64,000 nucleotides of DNA from Acidobacteriota bacterium (GCA_022340585.1 JAJDNS010000037.1:4834-68833); one strand, 5' to 3'; numbered from the stretch's first letter, positions 35,623-44,998 are shown. The notes: generated from the sequence alone by a model not told the origin. Translations and numbers: made by a program.

Positions 35623-38217
35623 GTGAGTCAGCACATCAGGCCGTGGCACGCGGGCCTCGTCGGGCTGTCGCTGCTCGCCGTTGCCCCCATTGCTCTCGGG
35701 CAAGAGCCTGCCGAGGTCTCGCCGGGCCCGACCACGCTTTCGGCAGTGGCCGGAGAGGAGTACGGCGCCGGAGGCTTCCACCGCTTCATGCTGGGTAGCG
35801 ACTACCGGGACCTGTGGACGACGCCCATCGAGGCCGAGGTCCTGGACCTGGAGTCCTTCGCCGGCGGGCTCACGCCGGTGATGCGGGTCGGGGGGCAGCA
35901 GTCGAAGGGACTCGCGCTGAAGGGCGCGGATGGCCGGGACTACACCTTCCGAGGGATCGACAAGGACCCGTCGGGCATCCTCCCGGCGGACCTTCGGGAG
36001 ACCGTAGTGGACGAGCTCGTCCAGGACCAGATCGCCGCCTCCCACCCGGCGGGCGCGCTGGTGGCGGAGGCGCTCGCGCACGCGGCGGGGGTCCGGACGG
36101 TGGACTCGCGCATCGTCGTCCTGGGAGACGACCCGGCCCTCGGTGAGTTCAGGGAGGCCTTCGCCGGAACCATGGGGACCATCTCCGTCTACCCCCAGCC
36201 GGTCTCGGACACGAACCCGGGCTTCGAGGGGGCCACCGAGATCCTGGATCACCTCGAGCTGTACGCGGCCCTCCGACGGAGCCCCGAGGAGCGGATCGAC
36301 GTCGAGGCGTTCCTGCGCGCGCGTCTCTTCGACGTCTTCATCGGAGACTGGGATCGCCACCGCAAGCAGTGGCGTTGGGCGAAGTTCCCCGGGAGTGACC
36401 TCTGGCAGCCCATTCCCGAGGACCGTGACCAGGCCTTCAGCCGCTACGAGGGTCTTCTCATGACCCTGGCGCGCCCCCGGCAGCCGCGGTTCGTGGTGTT
36501 CGGCCCGGACTACCCGAAGATGCTGGGGCTCACCTGGAACGGCTGGGAGCAGGACCGAGTCCTCCTGACCGGTCTGGAGTGGCCGGCGTGGGAGCGGATG
36601 GCCCTGGATCTGCAGGGGCGCATGACCGACGACGTGATCGAGCGGGCGGCGCGGAAGATGCCCCCGATGTACTTTGCCCTGGACGGCGAGCGGATGATCC
36701 AGGCCCTCCGGAAGCGCCGCGACGCGCTGCCCGACGCCGCCCGGGACTACTACGAGCTGCTTGCCGGCAAGGTGGATGTCCACGCCACCGATCAGCCGGA
36801 GGTGGCCGAGATCAGGCGGAGCCGGGACGGCACCCTGGACGTGACGATCACGCCGGCCGGGCCCGACGGGGAGCCGGAGGGAGAGCCCCTCTACCAGCGC
36901 CACTTCCTTCCGAACGAGACCGACGAGGTGCGCGTCTTCCTCCACGGCGGTGACGATCGGGCAGCGGTGCAGGGTCCCCGCGGGGGGATGGGGCTCCGGG
37001 TCATCGGCGGTGAGGGCGCGGACGTGCTCGACGACTCCCTCACGGGCGGAACGCGCTTCTATGACTCCTCCGAGGAGACGGACGTGCGCAAGGGGCCCGA
37101 CACCAGCCTCGACACCCGGCCCTACGAGGCCCCGGTGCCCGTGGCCCACGTCCCCTGGCTGCCGCCCCGCGACTGGGGGCACCAGATCCTGGGTGTCCCG
37201 TACTCGGGCTGGAGCGCCGACTACGGCCTCTTCCTCGGCACCGGCGTCGACTGGCGACGGTACGGCTTCCGCAAGTTTCCCTACGCGAGTCGGCACGTGC
37301 TCCGGGGCGGCTACGCCTTCCGGGCAAAGAGCGCCCGCTTCGACTACCGCGGAGAGTTCCGCCGGGAGAACTCGGAGGCCTACGCCAGCCTGCACGCGTT
37401 CGCCTCGGGACTGGAGATCCTCCGCTTCTACGGGCTGGGGAACGAGACCAGCGACGATCTGTCCGACGACTTCTACAAGGTGCGGCAGCGACAGTACCTG
37501 TTCGCCCCGGCGTACACCTTCCCTCTCGTCGGGGCGCTCGAGCTGAGCGTTGCCCCGGTGGTCAAGTACGCCTCCACCCGCGACGAGGAGGGGACCCTCA
37601 TCGGGCGCCGGGACCCGTACGGGGTCGGCCCCTTCGCCCAGGCCGGCGGGGCGATCCGGCTCGATCTCGACACCCGGGACAACGGAGTGGCCGCGACCCG
37701 CGGTGTTCACCTCCGGGCCACCGGGGCGGTGTACCCGTCGTGGTGGGACGTGGAGGAGACGTTTGGTCAGCTCTACGGAGACGTCTCCGGCTACCTCACC
37801 GCCCCGGGCCGGTTCGAGACGACCCTGGCCGTGCGTGCGGGCGGGCAGAAGAACTGGGGACAGTACCCGTTCCACGAGGCCGCCTTCATCGGGGGAGGCG
37901 GCTTCTTCGGCGGGTCACAGACGGTGCGCGGGCTCCCCCAGAACCGCTACGCCGGCGACGCGGCAGTGTACGGCAACCTCGAGGTCCGCACCCGCCTGGG
38001 CCGGGCGACCCTGATCCTGCCCGCGGACATCGGCGTGTTAGCCCTCGCCGACGTGGGCCGCGTCTTCCTCGACGGCGAGGAGTCGAACAAGTGGCACCCG
38101 GGCTGGGGCGGAGGGATCTGGCTGGCCTACCTCAGCCGGAGCAACACGGTCTCGATCGCGGTGGCCGAGAGCGAGAAGCGCGTGGCCCTCTATGTCCGCC
38201 TCGGCTTCGCCTTCTAG
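35623..38217 (+). CDS. large secreted outer-membrane protein with C-terminal Omp85 (bacterial surface antigen) beta-barrel-like domain
   Basis: Signal peptide MSQHIRPWHAGLVGLSLLAVAPIALG. C-terminal alternating beta-strand pattern ending in the OMP signature LYVRLGFAF. No obvious POTRA repeats. Confidence 0.68.
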   Translation: MSQHIRPWHAGLVGLSLLAVAPIALGQEPAEVSPGPTTLSAVAGEEYGAGGFHRFMLGSDYRDLWTTPIEAEVLDLESFAGGLTPVMRVGGQQSKGLALKGADGRDYTFRGIDKDPSGILPADLRETVVDELVQDQIAASHPAGALVAEALAHAAGVRTVDSRIVVLGDDPALGEFREAFAGTMGTISVYPQPVSDTNPGFEGATEILDHLELYAALRRSPEERIDVEAFLRARLFDVFIGDWDRHRKQWRWAKFPGSDLWQPIPEDRDQAFSRYEGLLMTLARPRQPRFVVFGPDYPKMLGLTWNGWEQDRVLLTGLEWPAWERMALDLQGRMTDDVIERAARKMPPMYFALDGERMIQALRKRRDALPDAARDYYELLAGKVDVHATDQPEVAEIRRSRDGTLDVTITPAGPDGEPEGEPLYQRHFLPNETDEVRVFLHGGDDRAAVQGPRGGMGLRVIGGEGADVLDDSLTGGTRFYDSSEETDVRKGPDTSLDTRPYEAPVPVAHVPWLPPRDWGHQILGVPYSGWSADYGLFLGTGVDWRRYGFRKFPYASRHVLRGGYAFRAKSARFDYRGEFRRENSEAYASLHAFASGLEILRFYGLGNETSDDLSDDFYKVRQRQYLFAPAYTFPLVGALELSVAPVVKYASTRDEEGTLIGRRDPYGVGPFAQAGGAIRLDLDTRDNGVAATRGVHLRATGAVYPSWWDVEETFGQLYGDVSGYLTAPGRFETTLAVRAGGQKNWGQYPFHEAAFIGGGGFFGGSQTVRGLPQNRYAGDAAVYGNLEVRTRLGRATLILPADIGVLALADVGRVFLDGEESNKWHPGWGGGIWLAYLSRSNTVSIAVAESEKRVALYVRLGFAF

Positions 38218-38993
38218 GCGCCCCGGCCCGCGGGCCGGACGAAGGCCCGCAGCTCCTCCTCGAGGAACGGCGCGCAGACGACCGCGTTGCCGCCGTGGAT
38301 GGAGCGGCCCCCGTCGAAGTTGAAGAAGCGGCAGCCGGCCTCCTCGGCCAGGATCATGAGCGGCGCGAGGTCCCAGGCCCTGGCGTTCAGCTCGATCCAG
38401 GCCTCCGCGCGTCCGGAGGCGACGAGGATCGCGTCCTGGCACCCGCCCATGCTCCGCACGGCCCAGTAGCCGGCCATGTACTCCACCATCCGGCCCGCCA
38501 GTGGGGTGGGGGCGAGATCGTTGAAGGCGGTGAGGGTCAGGATCGCCCGGTCGCGACGGTCGATGCTCGAGACCCGGATCGGGGTCTTGTTCACCCACGC
38601 GCCCTCCCCCTTGACCGCCCAGTACAGGGCCCCCTGGGCGACGAGGTTGCACACACCCAGGACGACCTCGCCTTCCGCCTCCAGGGCGATGAGGTTGCTC
38701 CATGTCGGCAGTCCCCGCAGGAAGTCGCGGGTGCCGTCGACGGGGTCGATGATCCAGCGGCGACCGCTCCACCCCGGGTCGTTCACGCCCTCTTCGCCGA
38801 GGAAGCCGTCCTCCGGGAAGGCCTTCCCGAGCTCCGAGACGATGAGCTCCTCGCAGGCCCGGTCGGCCTCCGTCACCGGGGAGTCGTCCGCCTTGTCCTC
38901 GCTCTCCACCCCGCGCGCCGCGTGCTCGAGGGCCAGCTTGCCGGCCTTGCGCGAGACGCGCCGGCACACCTCGATCTCCTCTTCCCAGGCCAT
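38214..38993 (-). CDS. inositol monophosphatase family protein (SuhB/HisN-like)
   Basis: IMPase motifs FLGEEG, WIIDPVDGTRDFLRG, and the WDLAPLMILAEEAGCRF metal-binding block. Confidence 0.8.
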   Translation of the reverse strand: MAWEEEIEVCRRVSRKAGKLALEHAARGVESEDKADDSPVTEADRACEELIVSELGKAFPEDGFLGEEGVNDPGWSGRRWIIDPVDGTRDFLRGLPTWSNLIALEAEGEVVLGVCNLVAQGALYWAVKGEGAWVNKTPIRVSSIDRRDRAILTLTAFNDLAPTPLAGRMVEYMAGYWAVRSMGGCQDAILVASGRAEAWIELNARAWDLAPLMILAEEAGCRFFNFDGGRSIHGGNAVVCAPFLEEELRAFVRPAGRGA

Positions 38994-39078
38994 GGGCGCA
39001 TTCTGCCATCGGATGGTGGAGCCGACGTCCTGGTGACGCCGCGAGCGGTCGAATCTTTCCGACCATTAGATTAGTCTT

Positions 39079-39094
39079 GACAAATCCATTTGTC
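39079..39094. promoter_or_regulatory. 16-bp perfect palindrome GACAAATCCATTTGTC overlapping a TTGACA -35-like hexamer, 19 nt upstream of the ArsR-family gene start (putative autoregulatory operator)
   Basis: Read directly from the sequence. Lies in a locally AT-richer intergenic segment. Confidence 0.5.
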
Positions 39095-39112
39095 GGGACT
39101 AGATCTTGCCGA

Positions 39113-39778
39113 ATGGAGAACGTATCAGCGGCGCGACCCCTCGACGTCATCCGGAGCCGGGAGACGGCGGCGACGCTTCTGCAGCCTCTTCGGCAGGAGA
39201 TCCTCGAGAGTCTGGGTGAGCCGGAGTCTGCCTCGGGCCTGGCGCGGCGGCTGGGACTGCCCCGGCAGAAGGTGAATTACCACCTCCGGGAGCTCGAGAA
39301 GGACGGCTTTGTGGAGCTGGTGGAGGAGCGGCGGCGGGGGAACTGCACGGAGCGGGTGGTCCGGGCCACGGCGCGCTCCTACCTCATCAGCCCCGAGGCC
39401 CTGGGGGCTCTGGGCTCCGACCCGGGGCGCATCCCGGACCGCCTCTCGGCGGCGTACCTGGTGGCCACGGCGGGGCGGGCAGTGCGGGACATCGGAGAGA
39501 TGCAGGAGCGCGCGGACGAAGAGGGGAAGCGCCTGGCGACCCTGACGCTGACCAGCGAGGTGCGCTTCGCGAGCGCGGAGGCCAGGAACGCCTTCGCCGA
39601 GGAGCTCGCGACGGCGCTGGCTGGGCTGGTCGCGAAGCACCACGACGAGAGCAGCCCTGGCGGGCGTCGGTTTCAGTTCTTCGTCGGGGGCTATCCCGCT
39701 CCCGGCGGACGAGACGGGGAGGCGGGGACCCGCGGGCGGTCCCCCCGGAGGACGGGGAAGAAGGGGGAGAAGCAATGA
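39113..39778 (+). CDS. ArsR/SmtB-family winged-helix transcriptional regulator
   Basis: ATG at 39113 (MENVSAARPLDV) within ORF 39077..39778. HTH block LQPLRQEILESLGEPESASGLARRLGLPRQKVNYHLRELEKDGFVE. Confidence 0.75.
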   Translation: MENVSAARPLDVIRSRETAATLLQPLRQEILESLGEPESASGLARRLGLPRQKVNYHLRELEKDGFVELVEERRRGNCTERVVRATARSYLISPEALGALGSDPGRIPDRLSAAYLVATAGRAVRDIGEMQERADEEGKRLATLTLTSEVRFASAEARNAFAEELATALAGLVAKHHDESSPGGRRFQFFVGGYPAPGGRDGEAGTRGRSPRRTGKKGEKQ

Positions 39779-40584
39779 GCAGGAGCGACGAGCGCACCAT
39801 CGAGATGACGATGGAGATCGACGCCCCCACGGGCGCGGTGTGGCGGGCCCTCACCGACGCCAGGGAGCTGGTCCGGTGGTTCCCACTGAAGGCGGAGATC
39901 GAGCCGCGGGTGGGCGGGCGCTACTGGATGTCGTGGGGCGACGAGTACGATGGGGAGAGCCGGATCGAGATCTTCGAGCCCGAGCGCCGCCTTCGGACCA
40001 CGTGGCCGTCCATGACGAAGAAGGAGGGCCGCCCCATCGAGCTCGCCGTCGACTACCACCTCGAGGGCCGGGAGGGTCGCACCGCTCTCCGCCTCGTTCA
40101 CTCCGGATTCGGCCGCGGCGCCAACTGGGACGACGAGTACGAGGGAGTCCACACCGGGTGGATGTTCGAGTTGCGGAGCCTGCGCCACTACCTCCAGCGC
40201 CACCCTGGCCAGGACCGCCAGGCGCTCTTCCTGGTAGGGCCAGGGAGCAGGCTCACCGGCGCCGAGGTGTGGGAGCGGGTCGTGCGTGACGGCTTCGGAA
40301 CCCCCGATCCGAGAAACCTGGTCGAGGGCGACCGGTACTCCTTTCCGGTTGGGGAGGGAACGGTCTTCGAGGGCACGGTCCTGGATTCCCGGCCCTCGAG
40401 GCAGCTCGCGGTGACCGTGGACGGCCTCCACGACGGGATCTTCCGCATCGAGGTCTTCGCGGCCCGTCCGCATCTCTGGCTGGCCGCCTGGGGCGAGGGA
40501 CGCGACGCCGTGGCCCGGTTCGAGAAGCCCTGGCGGCAGATGCTGGAGAGGGTACTGCCAGGGGAGGGGCCCCAGGAGGCCTGA
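39775..40584 (+). CDS. SRPBCC-family protein (AHSA1/polyketide-cyclase-like ligand-binding fold)
   Basis: ATGA overlap with the ArsR gene. Typical SRPBCC N-terminus (IDAPTGAVWRALTDARELVRWFP). The ArsR plus SRPBCC pairing is a common arrangement. Confidence 0.72.
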   Translation: MSRSDERTIEMTMEIDAPTGAVWRALTDARELVRWFPLKAEIEPRVGGRYWMSWGDEYDGESRIEIFEPERRLRTTWPSMTKKEGRPIELAVDYHLEGREGRTALRLVHSGFGRGANWDDEYEGVHTGWMFELRSLRHYLQRHPGQDRQALFLVGPGSRLTGAEVWERVVRDGFGTPDPRNLVEGDRYSFPVGEGTVFEGTVLDSRPSRQLAVTVDGLHDGIFRIEVFAARPHLWLAAWGEGRDAVARFEKPWRQMLERVLPGEGPQEA

Positions 40585-40633
40585 GCCCGCGTGCCGGCCG
40601 TCCCGACGGAGGCCAACATGAATCTCGGTTTCG

Positions 40634-40659
40634 AGTGACTCGGTCCGGACCGAGTCACT
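40634..40659. repeat. 26-bp perfect loopless palindrome AGTGACTCGGTCCGGACCGAGTCACT followed by a second 7-bp-stem hairpin (40664..40682) in a 317-bp lower-GC intergenic region
   Basis: Read directly from the sequence. Sits 50 nt downstream of the SRPBCC stop. Confidence 0.5.
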
Positions 40660-40901
40660 TGAACCTGAAACCCCATTTCAGGACCTCGTGCCCAAGCGCA
40701 GAGTGCGGCACCCAGCCACCCCTCCCGGCAGTGATGGCTCGCAAGGAGCCGGGGCACGGCCCAGCAGACGAGCCCATGAGGCCTCGAGCCTTGCCACGAC
40801 CCCGTCCCGCAACCCCAATCCGACCACGGACGAGCGCCAATGCCACTACGATCCCGACAGGCCAACTGCTGGACGGACCTGCACGAGAGGTACAGTCCCT
40901 G

Positions 40902-41228
40902 ATGACGATCTTCCAGATCAAGGTCGTTCACACCGTCATCTTCTGGGTTCTGAGCCTGTGCGTGCTCTATGTTCTCTTCAGTGGCGTTGCGGACCGGGTG
41001 ACGCCTTGGACCTGGGTGGCGATTCTGCTGTTGCTCGTCGAGAGCATCGTCTTGGTGGCCTTTCGGTGGACGTGCCCGTTGACGCTCCTCGCCGAGCGCC
41101 AGGGTGCGGTACGCGGCGAGGTGGCCGACATCTTCCTGCCGAAGTGGTTTGCGGATCGTGTCTTTCCGATCTGCGGCACGTTGTTCGGGATCGCCGTCAC
41201 CTTGGTGGCATGGCGTGTGCTGCGCTAG
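40902..41228 (+). CDS. small hypothetical membrane protein (about 108 aa, three transmembrane helices)
   Basis: ATG at 40902 (MTIFQIKVVHTVIFWVLSLCVLYVLF...) inside ORF 40635..41228. The upstream part of the ORF is non-coding-looking. Confidence 0.5.
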   Translation: MTIFQIKVVHTVIFWVLSLCVLYVLFSGVADRVTPWTWVAILLLLVESIVLVAFRWTCPLTLLAERQGAVRGEVADIFLPKWFADRVFPICGTLFGIAVTLVAWRVLR

Positions 41229-41322
41229 AAGGCCGGAACCCCAGACCACCAGAATGCCAATGGGAGATGAAGCTCGACGGTACGCGTCTGTGCGGCACGA
41301 ACCTCCGGTCCGAGCCCCGCCC

Positions 41323-42645
41323 CTACTGGCGGAAGAAGACGAGCGTGCCCGTCGGCACCCGGCGGCCGTCGATCTCGGTGCCGCTGCGGATGCTCCCTCC
41401 CGGGACGCGGTAGTAGGTCGAGGGGTAGTTCCATCGGTCGCCGGCAATCCGGGTGAGGTTCCGCGTCGAGGTCACGCGGCCCGCGTTGACGTAGCCCACC
41501 AGGACCCGGGTCCCCGAAGGGAGGCGTTGAAGGAGGCCGCGGCCCTCGGCGCCGGCGCTCAGCTCCGCACCGGTGCGCACCGACCCCGAAGGGAAGAGAT
41601 AGGTGGTCGTGCTCGCCTCCGCGGCGCTTCCCAGGAGGTCGGCGGCCACCGCGGGCTGGCTGACGAGCAGAAGGCCGTCCACGTAGGGCCGGGCGTCGTC
41701 GTCGTCGAGGAGCAAGGCGCCGACTCTCTTCGCCTGGTCGAGGAGCACGCGGGTGCCGAGGGGGATCTCATCCCAGTCCCGCATCCGATCGCCGGAAACC
41801 CGGGTGCCGTCGGGCAGCACGTAGACCGTCGAGGCGCTGGCGTAGGCGCGGCCGGCGATCGACCAGGCCGTCCGGTCGGGAGTGATCGTGTCGGCTCCCA
41901 CGTCGACACTGGCCCGGCGGACCGGGGGAGCGGGCTTCGGCGGTGGCGCGGGCCGCGCGGCGCGACGGGGCGGCGGGTCCGGGTAGAGCGTGCGCTGCAG
42001 CTCCCGATCGCCGACCCGGAGCCGTCCCGCCCGCACGTCAGGATCGTGGCGGGGAGCGTCCGTGAGCCCGATGCGCTCCCGCACGTCGGCCCGCGCGAAG
42101 ACCATCGCACACCGCTTGCGGCCACGGTGTCGGTAGGGGTGGAAGCGGTTGGCCGTCCCGTACGCCACCATCGAATGAGTCAACACCCGGTCGTCGGGGA
42201 TGCCGTAGAGGCTCTGGAGCTGTCGCACCAGCTCCTTGACTGCCGCAAGCTGCGCTCGGGTGGGCACCCGGTCGTGGTACCCCGAGACCTCGATCCCCAG
42301 GCTGACCTCGTCGAGCTCGGTGCGGCCGTTCCACATGCTTCGACCGGCGTGGGTGGCGATGCGGTGCCGGTCGAGGAGCCGCGTCACGCGCCCGTCGCGG
42401 TGCACGAAGTAATGGGCCTCGCCCAGCTTGCGCAGCTTGCGGAGGGATCCCGTCTCACGCCCCTCGGTCGTATGGAGGACGATGTAGCGGGTCTCGGGTC
42501 GAAGCGGGCGGCCGGCGTTCTCGGGGCCGAAGTCGGTACGGATCCGGAGGCCCCCGGCCCTGGCGACCCCCGAGAAGCACACCAGTGCTCCCACCAGGGC
42601 CAGTGCCCAGACGCCGCTGCCGATGCCTCCACCCGGTTTGGTCAT
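41323..42645 (-). CDS. N-acetylmuramoyl-L-alanine amidase (Amidase_2/PGRP domain) with signal peptide and C-terminal repeat domain
   Basis: ATG at 42645 (MTKPGGGIGSGVWALALVGALVCFSGVARA signal peptide). Amidase_2 motifs (YIVLHTTEG, HYFVHRDGRV, THAGRSMWNG). The C-terminal region has four repeats of the form GxxxSGxxxxG. Confidence 0.8.
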   Translation of the reverse strand: MTKPGGGIGSGVWALALVGALVCFSGVARAGGLRIRTDFGPENAGRPLRPETRYIVLHTTEGRETGSLRKLRKLGEAHYFVHRDGRVTRLLDRHRIATHAGRSMWNGRTELDEVSLGIEVSGYHDRVPTRAQLAAVKELVRQLQSLYGIPDDRVLTHSMVAYGTANRFHPYRHRGRKRCAMVFARADVRERIGLTDAPRHDPDVRAGRLRVGDRELQRTLYPDPPPRRAARPAPPPKPAPPVRRASVDVGADTITPDRTAWSIAGRAYASASTVYVLPDGTRVSGDRMRDWDEIPLGTRVLLDQAKRVGALLLDDDDARPYVDGLLLVSQPAVAADLLGSAAEASTTTYLFPSGSVRTGAELSAGAEGRGLLQRLPSGTRVLVGYVNAGRVTSTRNLTRIAGDRWNYPSTYYRVPGGSIRSGTEIDGRRVPTGTLVFFRQ

Positions 42646-42728
42646 CCCCTCGAACCGACACGCCTCCGGCCCATTCGGGCACCGGATGCATCCCGGATTC
42701 TTCCATATTTGGAGGTGTTTGTGTGACA

Positions 42729-42753
42729 GAATATGAGATTCCACTTCATATTC
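42729..42753. promoter_or_regulatory. inverted repeat GAATATGA-N9-TCATATTC in the AT-rich region about 85–110 nt upstream of the amidase gene start
   Basis: Read directly from the sequence. It is the only strongly AT-rich segment in the neighbourhood. Confidence 0.4.
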
Positions 42754-42865
42754 CTGAGAGCGGGGCCGGAGACCTCCGCGGCTGCCCAGTCGGGATCGCC
42801 GGGGTGCCCGGCGAGGTCCGGAGGAGAACCGGGGGACACGGTCGGCGTGTCCCCCGGGCACGTCT

Positions 42866-43975
42866 CTACAGCAGCTTCACGACCCGGTCGGCGAGGCCGC
42901 CCTCACCGACCACGACCGACAGCTGGGCCTTGTCCGCGACCTTCTCGAGGACCTCCAGCTCACGCAGGCGCATGAGCGTCGGGTTGGTCTCGAGGATCTT
43001 CGCGGTGTTGGCCTGCGACCGCATGGCCGCGGTCTCCTCGCGGCGGGTGATGAACGCGGCCTCCGCGGCCTTGCGGGCCTCGGTGACCTTGTTCATCAGC
43101 TCCTTCATCTCGCCGGGCAGGATGACGTCTCGAATACCCAGCGACTTGACCTCGAGTCCGATCGCGGACACGCGCGCGCGGAGCGCCCCGTCGAGCTCAC
43201 GGGCCACCCCGTCCTTCTCGCCGAGGAGCGCATCCAGATCCCGCGCGCCGATTCCGGCCCGCAGCACCAGCTGCGCCTCACGGTAGAGGGCCTGACGGTA
43301 GTCCTCGACGGTCGTCACCGTGACCAGGGGATCCGCGACCTGGTAGGTCACGACTGCGTTGAGACGCAGGGTGACCTTGTCCGCGGTCATGATCTCCTGG
43401 CCGGCCACGTCGAGCACCTGCTCGCGCAGCTCCACGATGAGGACCTTCGCTCGGGCGACGCCCTTCCAGAGCCCGTAGACTCCCGGGGCGAGCGTCGCCT
43501 CGTGACGCCCATCGCGGAACAGCAGACCCACCTGGCCCGCTTCGACCACGCTGGCCTCGAGCAGCTTCGACGCCCCCCGGGCCACCGAGATGGCCGCGAG
43601 GTCGCCGTGCTCGAGCAGCGCACCACGCGCGTTGATGGTCTCGACCTCGACGGCGTGGAAGACGGTCCACAGGGCGTACAGCCCCGGTCCCAGGACCGCC
43701 TCGACACGGCCGTCGATCCGGACGATGGCCCGCTCGTGGTCCTTCAGGTCCACGACGCGCGCCTCGTGCCGCAGCTCGCGCGACCGCGCGATGAGGTCGA
43801 GCTCCGCGTGCTCGATCCAGGCGTCGCGGACCGACAGACGGTCGATCCGCAGGCGCAGGAGCGGGTCCCACCGCCAGTGGACGCCCGGGCGCAGCACGCC
43901 CTCGAACGAGCCCTCCCGGAAGACGAGAACGCGCTCGTGCTCCCGGACCTTGATCCGACGAACGATGGCCCACAC
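42866..43975 (-). CDS. SPFH/band-7 domain protein (stomatin/flotillin/HflK-like)
   Basis: SPFH core within ORF 42866..44296 (VREHERVLVFREGSFEGVLRPGVHW...; later KVLIVELREQVLDVAGQEIMTADKVTLRLNAVVTYQV). GTG at 43975 chosen; the upstream part of the ORF is Gly/Ser/Arg low-complexity. Confidence 0.72.
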   Translation of the reverse strand: MWAIVRRIKVREHERVLVFREGSFEGVLRPGVHWRWDPLLRLRIDRLSVRDAWIEHAELDLIARSRELRHEARVVDLKDHERAIVRIDGRVEAVLGPGLYALWTVFHAVEVETINARGALLEHGDLAAISVARGASKLLEASVVEAGQVGLLFRDGRHEATLAPGVYGLWKGVARAKVLIVELREQVLDVAGQEIMTADKVTLRLNAVVTYQVADPLVTVTTVEDYRQALYREAQLVLRAGIGARDLDALLGEKDGVARELDGALRARVSAIGLEVKSLGIRDVILPGEMKELMNKVTEARKAAEAAFITRREETAAMRSQANTAKILETNPTLMRLRELEVLEKVADKAQLSVVVGEGGLADRVVKLL

Positions 43976-44326
43976 GGGGCACCTTCCTTTCTCCGCAGAC
44001 GACAACGGCAACGGCAACGACGACGACTCGATGAAGACGTCACCAGAAGAACCTCCGGAGGACGAGTCTCTCCGACCCGCCACACCCTCCGGTGTGGAGC
44101 CCCACTTGAGGCCGGTGGTCCCGCCCCCTCCGCCGCCGGCCCACCCGGCGAGCCCTTGTGGGCGCTCGGCCGGGTGGGCCGGGACGCTCGGGACCGCTTC
44201 CGCCGGCCGGTATCCGCGGGCTGCAGGACACCGTCCGGTGCCGTCCCGCCCTCGGCCCGTGGGGGCGCCGGGGGCGGGACTGGCGAGCCGACGCACGCCC
44301 CCCGAAGGCGTACGACGGGTACGACG

Positions 44327-44399
44327 GTTGTGGTGCGGGATTCGAACCCGCGTCTCCGAGTTATCGGCTCGGCGCCTTGACCCACTTGGCTAACCCCAG
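44327..44399 (-). tRNA. tRNA-like gene (anticodon loop CCGAUAA, GAU/Ile-like reading) with irregular acceptor stem
   Basis: Reverse complement shows U8, A9, D-arm GCCAAGUGGGUCAAGGC (G18G19), anticodon stem CCGAG/CUCGG, and a perfect T-arm GCGGG-UUCGAAU-CCCGC. The acceptor 5' CUGGGGU vs 3' ACCACAA pairs at only 5 of 7 positions. C33 instead of U33. No 3' CCA encoded. Confidence 0.45.
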
Positions 44400-44436
44400 C
44401 TTCGAAGGCTGGCTTGGTTGCCGACACCTCCCTTCG

Positions 44437-44979
44437 TCAGAACCCGTGCACGGAACGCACCCCGCCGACCGCCATGCGGGGCGGGTGCGCCGTCGGCCCG
44501 GGAGACAACGGCCTCGACGTGGGCGGGCAGGCCGCGGCGCGGACCATTCGGTCCGCGGCGTGGGTCGCCGCCCAGCTCTCGGGCTTCACCTGCGCCCGAA
44601 AGCCCTGGCTCACCACCAGGCCCACAAGCTCCTGGACGTACGCGCTGCTGCGGTGCGTCACCACGGGGTTGGCGTCGATGTGGACGGTCAGCTCTCCCGG
44701 CACCACCGGGTGGAGCCTCAGGCCCAGGTCCACCGACAGCCACACCTCGCGCATGAGGCGCTGGCGCAGCGACGCGATTCGAGGCGAGGTCTCGCGGGTG
44801 TAGGCCGCCCGCCCACCTCGACCCGGGCTCAGGATGGCGACCACGGTCACGAACCGGGTCACCCGGGTGAGCTGGAGCGAGTCGGTTCCCACGTGGACGC
44901 TCTGCCCTTCGCCCGCGTTGTCCCGCACGAAGTCCAGCACGTCCTCGATCCGCTCTCCCCTCAGCGTCCTCCACTGCAT
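44437..44979 (-). CDS. RNase H-like fold protein of the DUF458/YkuK family (tentative)
   Basis: 180-aa protein (ATG at 44979) inside ORF 44437..45129. VHVGTDSLQ...RFVTVVAILSPGRG...AYTRE pattern. Flanked on both sides by tRNA-like elements. Confidence 0.55.
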   Translation of the reverse strand: MQWRTLRGERIEDVLDFVRDNAGEGQSVHVGTDSLQLTRVTRFVTVVAILSPGRGGRAAYTRETSPRIASLRQRLMREVWLSVDLGLRLHPVVPGELTVHIDANPVVTHRSSAYVQELVGLVVSQGFRAQVKPESWAATHAADRMVRAAACPPTSRPLSPGPTAHPPRMAVGGVRSVHGF

Positions 44980-44998
44980 GGTCTCTCTCGCGTACGCC

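Noticed and set aside
35482-37875. 797-aa minus-strand ORF antisense to the outer-membrane protein gene
   Set aside because: No domain signal. The plus-strand protein has a signal peptide and a beta-barrel C-terminus.
41104-42726. 540-aa plus-strand ORF antisense to the amidase gene
   Set aside because: The amidase (Amidase_2 motifs, signal peptide) clearly occupies the minus strand.
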